Positions 36,001 through 47,697 of a DNA stretch of 64,000 nt are shown here, in pieces (position 1 is the first letter of the stretch; each line of letters begins with the position of its first letter). The translations under genes and the position numbers were made by a program. The DNA is from Octopus vulgaris. Taxonomy: Eukaryota. The notes below the pieces were generated by a model that made no database searches, was not told the DNA's origin, and worked only from the letters and a program-made list of their open reading frames with translations. The DNA lies in assembly GCA_951406725.2 (NCBI GenBank), contig OX597816.1, positions 75,454,001 to 75,518,000 on the forward strand. The letters run 5' to 3'.

Positions 36001-39000
36001 TGCAGGTACAATAAGCACTAAAAATGCTCTGACAATAAAGTTCCTTAAATGCTTGGGGAGGTCATCTAGAAGTAGTAGATTGCTTCTGTTACCTAGGTGA
36101 CCAAGTTAGCAGTGGAGGAGGAAATTCTGAAAGTTTGTGTGTAAGAGACTGCTGGTTAGGTCATGTGATGCATAGATGAGACAGCTGTGTAAAGAAGTAC
36201 TGATCTCTGTGGAAGGGGTAAACCCGGGAAGACTTGGGATAGAATGGTGAGAAATGATCTTTAGATGCTGGGTCTCACTGAGGAAATGACACAGGACTGG
36301 GAGTTGAGGCAGTTTTCTGTACTTGAGAAGATACTTTGAGCTAAGTAAAATCACAGCCATACATACATACATACATACATGTTCTTTACAGATACCAGTG
36401 CCAAATAAAATGCACTCATGCCAGTGTTGCATAAATGTACCTGTACCTGTGCCAGTAGCTTGTAAAAACCACCCATCACACTCTGTAAAAATCACCCATC
36501 ACACTCTGTAAAGTGGTTGGCATTAGGAAAAACATTCAGTTCTATTTTATTTTTTAGATTTTGCTATATTTATGCTGTTGAGTACCATTTTCAGCATTCA
36601 AGTGAATGCCCTCTTAATTTCAGCATTCAAGTGAATGCCCTCTTAATTTCAGCATTCAAAATTATTGAGCTGGCAAAAGAGGGGTGCTGTTGCACAGAAC
36701 AGGCAGTGAAAGTCAGTGTATAAGGGTTTGTTGTAGCCTCTGCACGTGAACTATAAGGTCAGCACAATCAACGCTTGAAAAAGAAGAGTGATGATGAAAT
36801 GTCTGTCAGAGACAACTGAAAAAGGACTTGAAGTGGTTATAGGCAAAGAGAAATAATAACAGGAGCAAAAAAAAGGATGCTGCAAACTGCTAAACAGAGA
36901 ATTGTAGGAGGGTAACTCAATTTGAAGTAGATCCACAGTGCAAATTCTTTCAGTGGTCTTCGTGGAAATAAGATTACCCAAAGTTTCTATATTCAGTCTC
37001 CACCAAAGGTAGCATTTTAAAAATCGTAGGAGAACACCTGGGAGTCCTTCATGACCTAGGTGGATTGTCTCTCCAAGAATGTCAATAACAAATGGGTTGA
37101 AAAACTTGCTTAAGAGGAGTTTTTCCTCTGAAGATTTCTCCTACTGTCCACTTACCCTGCAGTAAGCTTCTAATTATTCCAGTAACTTCTTTGAATGGTT
37201 CTGATTCAGATGACTGCACATTCCCATGTCAGAATGCTTTAGTGTCTTTGTTACATCGTCGTTTTCTATTATCATTTAATATCCATTTTCCATGCTGGCT
37301 CGAAAGTTGAGTGAATCTTTTGATTATGAATTTCAGCCGTAAATATGAATGAATCATACTCCCATGCATTCCATTAAAGAGGCAATTGGTTTCTTGTTGC
37401 TTCATCATCATCATTAGCATAATTTTGTGGCCATTTTCCATGCTGGCATGGGTTGGACAGTTTGACAGGAGCTGGCAAGCCAGAGGACTGCCAAGCTCTA
37501 TTGTCCGCTTTGGCATGGTTTCTACTACTGGATGCCCTTTCTAATGCCACTTACTTTACAATGTGTGCTGAGTGCTTTTCATGTGGTACCAGCACTGGTG
37601 GAGATCACCAAGTAACTTACAAGACAAAGACCTTGACTAGAAGGGGGATAGTATTGAGGAAGATGGTTTTGTGCCTGTTGAGAGTTTAAAGAATTGTAGT
37701 GGGATAGAAATAAGTGTCTTGCTGTAGAGGAAATACATGGCTACTCTAATTAGAAAAAAAAAAGAGAAAAAGTTAGAATGAAAGATAGAGAAAAATGGTG
37801 GTGGAAATGTGTTGGGACATACCCTTAAGGTACAGTGGGAGTGTGAATATAAAGATTGAACAGTGGAGGGGATAGAGAGGAGCAAGTTTCATAAGAGTGT
37901 GAGGAGGGATGGTTAGAGATGGAGTAGAGGTGACTAGTATGTGATAGTGAGAAATATGGTAGATATGTGAGGGTATTGAGAGTGATAAGCAGATAAAAGA
38001 CTTGTTAAGGATGGTGTATAGCAGAGCGGGTGAGAGTAATGGATGAAAGCACAGAAAAGAGGTGATTGGAAATAGTAGAAAAGGATGAAGGTGACCAAAA
38101 AGGAGGGGATGCAGTGTGTGCCTAATCTGTTCTCAGGTGGTTACAGAAGCCAAGTAGAATCATAGAGGAGTGACAAGTGTCAGGGAATATTGAAACATCT
38201 CTCAGAATTTCCAAGTTATCTGGCAACCTTTGTTTCAATAAATAATACTGAACCTGTTTGAGATTTTTTTCTTGGGTAGTGTCTGTCATATCTCGTTATA
38301 TTTGACTGGAAGGCAGTGTCTGCCGTATGTTGTTATATTTTGGCAAAAGGCAAAAACTTGATTCCAAAGTAGATTTTTTTTTCTCCTTTATGCATGTCAC
38401 CTAATATTTCTGAAGTATAACATTTTACACTGTTTCATGTTAAAGTGGGTTCTTAACTAATTGCAATATAAGTCTGACAGCAAGCTCACTGTAAAACTAT
38501 TTTGTTTTGCAATCAACTGGAATTTTCACCTGTGATTTTCCCTTAACTTAGCAATGATAAAGAAAGCCACTTGTATATCTCAGAGATTAGGAATTTCAGA
38601 TTTCTTGAAAGAGAACCTGATGATACACATGAAACTGCTAATTGAAGAGAGTGGAGACATCTCATTAAGATAAGTAATGCAGTCTTGAGTTTCTGATAAA
38701 TCATTTGGCCAACCATCATTCTCATGTTATGTGTTAATTGCTACAAGCTTAATAACATCAAATTTGGTACTTTTTTCAATTTGCTCACTTCAAGGCAAAC
38801 ATGGTTGAGAGCTTGACAAGAAAGAGAGTGAAAAGGAGAGTATAAATATGAACATTCTGATGTGTGAGTGTGAAAACTGTGATGGAATGAAGGGGAGAAA
38901 CCAAAGGCTACATATAGGTTTTTAGTAGAAGTTTGAAGTAAAACAAATCAAAAATAAAAAAAAAATACAGGTTGAGCTGGTTTTTGGTGTAGTAAAAAAT

Positions 39001-42000
39001 CTGTCATGGTAAGAGAGAAAGCAAATGATGAATATCAAGAGGTGGGTGATTACTAAATTGGTTGGGGATGAGGTAATATAAGAGTGAAAGCTACACTGGT
39101 TGTTAGTGGGATAAATAGGATGGATTGAGTTCAATAGATCAACCTTTTTTTAAACAGGTAAGTGGTTACAGGAGAAAGGCTAATGAATATACTGGAGTAT
39201 ACTGAGCCATAAGGCTCAGTAATATATATATTTCTATATTCCAAACAACATTACTGTTCTGTATATTAATAAAATGTCCTGCTTGCTCTGGTGGATTCCC
39301 TGTCCAGCATTATGCATATCCAATTGTGGTTCTTTGTCATCATCATTTAATGTCTGTGTTCTGTGCTAGCATGGGTGGGATGGTACCACAAGAGTCGGCC
39401 AGGTCAAAGCCTGCACCAGACATCTGTGACTGTTATGGCAGGATTTTAACAGCTAGATGGCCTTCCTAACACCAACCACTCAGCAGAGTGGACTTCATGC
39501 TTTTTATGTGGCACAAGTACAGGCAAGGTGAGAGTGCTTTTTTATGTAGTACAAGCACAGGCAAGGTCAGTTTTAGCAAAGTTTTTACTGCTGGATGCCC
39601 TTCCAAACACCAACCATTTTAGTCATCTCTTTTGTAAAGTTCAGATTCGTGAGGCTAGTGTTCACTAATTTATCCCATGTCTCTCCAGGTTTCCTTTTTC
39701 TACAGCTTCCATCCACTTCAAGTTTTTCACTTCTGGTGGTGAAAAGCACTTGTGGTGGTTCCACATAAAAGTACTTGTGTGGTGCCATGTAAAAGTGTTT
39801 GTGCAGTGCCACATAAAAGCACCCAGCACATTCTGTAAAATGGTTGGCATTAGGAAGGGCATCCAACTGTAGGAACCATGTCAAATCAGACAAGTCTGGT
39901 GCAGCTCCCCAGCTTGCTGACTCCAAACTGTCCAATCCATGCCAGCATGGACAATGGATGTTAAATGATGATGATGATAACTGACATCTTTCAATGTTAG
40001 CTGCGATTCGGATTGCTAAAGTTAAAGGTTGAACTCTAATACTTATAATTTCAATTATAGGTAAAAAGGGAATTAAAAATGAGGGGGTACCTGAGGGTAA
40101 GAGGGATGTAAGTAATGAATATCTATTATTATGATAGGAGGATATAATTAATTTAAATCATAAGGGGAAAGAAAGAGAAAAAGATACAACTAGATGCCTT
40201 GTAATTCTGAAAACATGGAATTAAACCTAAGATATTAAAATTGATGCCTGTTTTCTAATGCAGTCTTCTCTCTTCCATAATACATCTGATTCTTCTTATA
40301 TCATGCTTTTCTCTTAGCTCATTTGTTCTTCATTGTTTGTGCACACTAATATGACTTGTTTTGTAGTTGTTATATAAGGAATATGACATTAGTTCTATCT
40401 CTTCCTCATATAAAGTTAAACTGTATTCCATCCAAGTTAATTCTGTTCCTCATCAAATGTGCAATAACACTGTAAATTTCATGATGTTGTCCAATAATTT
40501 GAAACCTCTAGTTAACTCTCTCTAGTACATCTCTTGCCCTTTGTAGCAGTTGATGATTATAGTTACACTTGCCAGTGGGTATGACTCCTTCCTGTGCTGC
40601 CTGATTGACTATTTGGGTGACTAGCACCTGCTTTCTTTCACCAGGTATTTAAGTAACTTTAATCAACAGACAAGCTGCTTTCCCTACCTTCATATCTTTA
40701 GTTGCACTTGCAGCCATACTGCTGTCAGCTTTAATTGCTGGTCCTTCTGTTGGGTCTACATGGGGTAGAGTCAGTCTCTCTCTCTTGCATTTTCCATATT
40801 CAGCAGCCTCTTGTAGTAAGTGGCATTTCGATACTTCTTTCTTTTTGACATCAGTAAATAAGTGTGCCATTATCATTCCATACACTGTTCTCCCCAACTA
40901 CATCCTGATTCTTTCTAGTGCACCGTTTTGCAATCTGGAACATGTTATACTGCTGATCCATATATTGCAGAGATGTACAAAGCTTTCTACCTGCTCTTCT
41001 CTTGCTTAAATATACAGCTATGATATAATCAATAACTAGGTCAGCTTACCGACTTGTTCAAAAAACTTAAATATTTCAGATAAATTATTTTATTCCAATA
41101 ATTGTTTATTATTTTTTAGTTATTTAGGACATCATCATTATCATTTAACGTCTGTTTTCCTTGCTGGCATGTGTTGGACGGTTTGACTGGGGTCTGGCAA
41201 GCCAGAAGGCCACACCAGGCTTCAATCTGATCTGGCAGTGTTTCGACAGCTGGATGCCCTTCCAAAAACGCCTACCACTCCGAGAGTGTGGTGGGTACTT
41301 TTTACATGTGACAGGTACAGGAGCCAGACGGGGTGAGGGGGCTGGCATTGACCATGTTCGGATGGTGCTTTTTACATTCCACCAGCCTGGGAGCCAGTCA
41401 GATTGCACTGGCATCGACCACACTTAGATGGTGGTTTTTATGTGCTACCGGCACAAGAGCCAATCGGGGCGAGCGGGCTGGCATCAACCACATTCATGTG
41501 GTGCTTTTTACATAGCACTGGCAATGACTGATGCATGAATGGTGCTTATTGTGTGTCACCAGCATGGGAGCCAGTCAGGTGGCACTGGCATTAGCCACAA
41601 CTACAATTTCCATTTGATTGTGGCTTGATTTGATTTTGATTTTGATGTACTTGACTCAATAGGTCTCCTCAAGCGAATTTTTAAATAATTTGTGTGCATA
41701 GAAAGTATTCTTGTATATCTTTCTTTTGTTATTTTTTTTTGTCTGTTCAAATCTATACTAATTACCTGTAACCTTTAGTTAATCTCAATAGACAACCAAA
41801 CAGGGGTCTTTTAAGTAATGACTCAACTACTAGAAATCAAGGCCAAACATCCCTCAAACCATACCTTACTATCTTAAAAGGAAGAGGGTATGTGTATCTA
41901 AGGTATTATAGTTTTGGATACATAATTTCTTAAGAGATTGGATGATCATTGCTGGAGTACCTTGTGATCATATGTATACTCATTCAGGGGTGAGTTGGTG

Positions 42001-45000
42001 AACAACAGTAACACCAGCAGATAACTAATATGTAGAAAGAAAGAATTATCATTTGAGATAACCAAGGTATTTGATTGATGCATCATTGTTTTGTGTTCGG
42101 ATTCTGATGGATCGATTTTGTCCATCTTTCCAGAGTTGATAATATAAGTGCCATATAATCATTCACTTATCTATAATCTAGAAAGAAAATCAGATTTAGA
42201 AATCAAACAAATGTCAGTAATACACGAGCATATGGCGTAGTGGTTAAGAGTGCGGGCTACTAACCCCAAGACTCCGAGTTTGATTCCAAGCAGTGACCTG
42301 AACAACAACAACAATAATAATAATAATAACATTGAAAAATGCCTTAGGAATGAGAACCCAGGTTCGAAATTTCCTCAAGACACCTGAAGAAGGCTGGAGG
42401 GTCTATCAGCCGAAACGTCATTTTAACAACAAACAAGATGAGGACAAATATCCGTTAAATGTAACTAATGTAAAAATGTCAGTAATATTTAAGAAATTCT
42501 TTGCATATGGGAAGATCTCGATAACTTTTTTTATTTTGAGGCCTTATTGAATTTAAAGGGAATGGTTGGAAGAGTTAAGAATGTGGCATGTGTGAATTCA
42601 AAGACCACATCTTTTGCATTGTCACAATGTTTCTTGTACTGCTATGTAAGTAATATGATATGCATATAACTTTGTCATATTTCTGTTTCATGTTACACAA
42701 AAATCTCAGCAAGAGGGCATGTTTATTGCAAATAAATAATTAAATTCATATCTATATTCCTTATTGTTGGTTGTTTACAATATATTTTGTTGGAATGAAT
42801 GGGGAAGGATAGTGAAAAATGCATTGCTATATTCTCAATTCTCTTTTAGAACACACTTTGATCTAAGGTAAGAATATACTATATCACCTGTTGATATTGC
42901 TCCTTATTTAATGGCAATACATTTGACAAAATATGAATAAACAAACTCTAGCAAGAAAATATCTTGTAAAGATTGTTTTCGTCCAAATTTCATTCATTGA
43001 ATGAGGTCATTGACGTCATAAAGAGAACAACAACAAAGCACAAACACTTACTACTTAGACTGACATGAGTCTAAGTAGCATATCTACCTCTTCATACTGG
43101 CAATTGTTTTTTTGTTCTCTCTCACTTTCTTATTGCTTCTTTCTCTTTTGTTTTTACTCTTCAGTAGTGTATCTGCCTCTTTATACTGGTAGATATTTTT
43201 GTCCCGCTCACTCTCTTATTCTATCTCTTTCTCTTCTGTTTTCACTCTTCATTAGTTATCTTATTGGAGGCTGAGACAGTAAGAATGCTATATTGGATAT
43301 TTTAAAAACATAAGCAGTGTTTAGTAATTCATTGTACAGAATTTGCCAATCAATGTTTTCAGGAAATAAACAGTTCTGTAAATATGTCTTCTTTTTTTTA
43401 AATGTAGTCATACAAGCAATTTTGTTTATTGGCTCCCAATATGATGATTTTGTTCTGTTTAGCTAGAAATTTCAGGAAGAGTTAGTAACTGCTCTGCTCA
43501 GCTCTGCTTCAGTGGACCATTTTCAGCCATAGTCATTCTATCTTTATTTAAAGGTGCTATATTGAATTAGTTGAATGATCAAGTCAAAATTTCATTTATT
43601 TAACATATTGGCTTGATTTTGTATAGACAGAGGATGGAAATCTGATATTATATGGTTTTCCTGTCACTGGTGGTTATATGTGGTTGGCTTAAAACTGAAA
43701 CAAGGACATATGGCTTAACTCTTGTTTTATGTTAATTCAGTTGATTAATCTTTCTTCCTCACCTCCCTTCATCTCATAAAAAAAGACTGATTTTTTTGTT
43801 GTGCCAAATGAATTATTGTACCTCATGGCAGTACATGTCAGGGGCTGGTAAATGTTTGGTTTGAGAATTTGGCAACTGTTAACTTGGTTATGCATTGTTC
43901 TTACTATATTTCCAGTACACCATCAGATTTCTATTTATAGATGTAATTTTTTTCTTGGATATGCTTTGTTATAATTAACAAATCCACAAGGAACTCTATA
44001 ATTTTATATCATTGATTAATTAATGTACTAAACTATTTTGTGACCTCAAGCAAGGTAATTGTCTAAATCTACCTGGTATACAATTCCAGTATTTTTCAGT
44101 ATTATCAAATTTAATGCTTGTCTTCCTATGTTGTGGGTAGGATATGGCTGTTGATAGTATATGTAAGAGTATCTATATCCCGTTTAATTACATTCTGATC
44201 TAATTACATTGACCTGGTTTTCCCAGATGGTTCATTGTACACACTTGCACTTTGCTTTTCTTTAATGCTAGTTTATTCAGTGCGTCATATTTAATTGCAG
44301 TCTCTCTTTTCAATTATTCATGCTTCACAAGTATCTATTAACATCATATTTCTGGTATCTGCATCACTCAGTTTGGAGAGAGAGAGAGAGATCTTGTTAT
44401 TACTGTAAAAATTAGAATGAAACATTTGATTCTATGAATCTTTTGGGTATTCACCATTCAGACACCTAATTTCATTTGTGCATTTCTGAATTGTGTTTAC
44501 CAAAGTTTTGTAAACACCAGGCTGTTTACAAAACTTTGATATTCTCCTTTTTCATAGTTTTAAGTACAAAGGGATCTGAAAAAAGAGATGTGGGTAATAA
44601 ATGTGCTCACTGAATGTACTTTTAACTCTATTAAATAGCAGTGACCTATTTTAAAAACTAGTACGTATATGCATATATTTTAATAATTAAAGTATAAAAC
44701 AGAAATAGGGAAACAAGTGTAAATATTTATGAGTAATATTTGTTTTCTAAGTAAATCTGTATTAACCACTTTTTATAAAATGTATCTAGTTATAATGAAT
44801 TTCTTTTGTTAGAGTAGAATAACCTTTCTCAGTATGCTTACCTGTTTACCTGGAAAATAGAAAATGTTAGGATAAAAGTAATTGTGTATTTATCTGAAGC
44901 TTTGATATATACCATAGCAAAATTTATTCAGAGAAATGTTTGCGAACTTAATTATGCAAATTAATGGAACCTTTTCATTTAAGAGTTATTTTTATAAGCA

Positions 45001-47643
45001 ATGAAGAAGTGTTACGTAACTGAACTTGGTGGCATTTTGATTTTTAGTTGTAAGTAGCATTTTACTTACACTGCTAATGTCTTTGAAATTAAGGCTGTGG
45101 ATTCAGTATATAAACTTTTCAAATCTGACTCTATAGATTATGATAACATACATTGCCAACGTGAAGACAAAACTTACGAAATTTAAAAAGGGGCTATAAT
45201 AATAAAAGGATATAAATGTATTTCATTTTGGGATTTGTTTTGCAAGATTCTTTATGTGAGTTCGTGTGTTGAAGCATATTCTGTTGTGTCTTGAGAGAGT
45301 CATTCTCTTTTAGGGCCTTATAATTAAACACAATCACCGGTAAAATTTCCACTCATTTACTTATTTATTTTTCTAAAATTTTCATTGCGTCTTGCAACCT
45401 TTTCAATAGTTGTCAACTCTGTTATCCAAGCTGTGTGCTTTTTGTTTGTTTGTGTGCATGCACGCATGTGTGTGTGCACATGTATATATGTATGTATGTG
45501 TATACGTTTGTATGATGTATGTATTCTGCTTTCATGTTCATGTGCTTGTGTTTTTATGTGTGTGTGTACCTCTGTCTCTTTGTGTGTGCATGTCTGAGTG
45601 TGTGTGTACGGGTCTTTTGCAACTCTGTACCGTGTTTATGTATGGATGTTTATCTCCATATGTGTCCTTGTGTGAAGTGAAGTGTGTGTATATATGGTCA
45701 TGTGTTTCAGTCTTCATTTGTGTATGTGTGTAGGTACATAGGTTATATGAACAGACAAGCACACATACACACATGAAGACTGAAACACATGACCATATAC
45801 ACACACATACTTCACTTCATTCAAGGACATATGAAGACACATGTCCACACATATGGAGATACACATCCATACATACAAACACAGTACATAGTTGCAAAAA
45901 ACCCATACACACACACACTCACACAAACGCACATGCAAACACACACACACACACACACACACATGAATATGTAGGCAGAATATATGCATACAAATGTACA
46001 CACATACATATATACATATGCACATACACACAGACCCACACACATGTGCACAAACAAACAAAAAGAATGCAGCTTCAATAGTGGACAGTCAACAACTATT
46101 GAAAAGGTTGCAAGATGCAATGAAAATTTTAGAAAAATAAATAAGTAAATGAGTAGAAATTTTACCCATGAGTGTGTTAAATTATAAGGCACTAAAAGAG
46201 AATGACTTCTCCCTAGACATAACAAGATATAATGTAATAAGCTATAAAGTCAGGAATGTCTTTGTTTATCAGTCTGAACACCTTAAAGCAACTTAAATTT
46301 CCATATGGTCTTTAGAAAAAAAACAAACTAAAGAAACCACAATTTATCAGATGCTAATGTAATAAGCTGTTTGTTTGCTGTTTTCTATAATCAGAAGTAC
46401 CTATCAATGGATGATTTTTACCTGGCATATAATGGTGTAGCATTCATGCTTTTCTCAATGGCATTTGCATTATGAGGGAAAGGAAACAGTTTTACCCAGG
46501 AGTTGTAACTTGTCTTCCTACTCTGGGGTATTCACTTAAAACTTCAAGTCAAAGATTTATGACAGTTAGAATCACTAAAAAGATCAGGTAAGACCCACAT
46601 CTGAGCACTATTCCCTGGATGAAAAGATGCAGCTTCTACCCATGCATAGATCCTAAGTCTCAGCAGACCTGTTTTAAACATTAACTGTTTTTCTCTGCTT
46701 CTGTCACTACTGTAGTCCCATTTCTGCCAATATTATTTTAGCTTTTGGTATACAAATGTTGAAGTTGAATATCAACAGCATCAATCTCATCAACCAGGAG
46801 GAACCTACAAAGGTCATAAGCATTGCCCCTCCTTCTACACTAATAAAAAAGAAACTATTGAATTGCTGATAGGTATCTCCTCACTTGTTTTGGTATCTGT
46901 TTTCTTTGATAAGTATCTAATTAATGGAGCTTTGGAACTGACTTAGCTGATTTTTGTTTATTTATCACTGATATTATTCCCTGTCTTATTATTTTGTGAA
47001 TGTTTTGAGCTTATATCTTGTTTTTATATTATCTAACGCTAAAATGTAGTATTCAGATCTGTTTCATAGCTTTCTTCTGTCCATGATGTCATGACCTCAG
47101 TTAAATTTTATAATTCAATCATTCCCAAAGTTTTATTGGTTGCTTTTACAACTGCTTTACAGTTTTACAGAGGTGCATGGCTTAGCGGTTGGGTGTTTGA
47201 TAGCAAAATACTTTGTTTCACATTGCTCCGGTCCACCCAGCTGGCAAAAATGAATATTTCTGTGACAGATTGGCATCCTATCAAGGGTAGGGATATATAT
47301 ATCACAGATGATGATGAATCCAGGCAATTGACCTATAGCTCGGGAAGGACCTTTGAAAATTTTTTTCTAAAATTTGGACCCCTTACCATTAAGCAGATTG
47401 CCATGCACAATTCGTGGTATGGTGAGACAAAGCTAGAAAGAATGAGATACTGTAATGATGCGACATTACTAGTATTGTGCATTTGTAGCTTGTGGCAAGA
47501 CTAGGCTTGCTTCCAAGTAGAAAGCATAAACCTTCTCAAGATTGTCAGTTTGTACCATAAAATGTCTCATACATTTTGCTCAAGATCAAGATACCAAGTT
47601 GTGGAATCCTCATCTGTTGTTCACTATGGAGTCCTTATATATG

Positions 47644-47697
<54 letters not shown>

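Noticed and set aside
42226-42295. Functional tRNA gene
   Set aside because: A and B boxes are present but there is no proper acceptor stem; it is the head of a TSD-flanked SINE.
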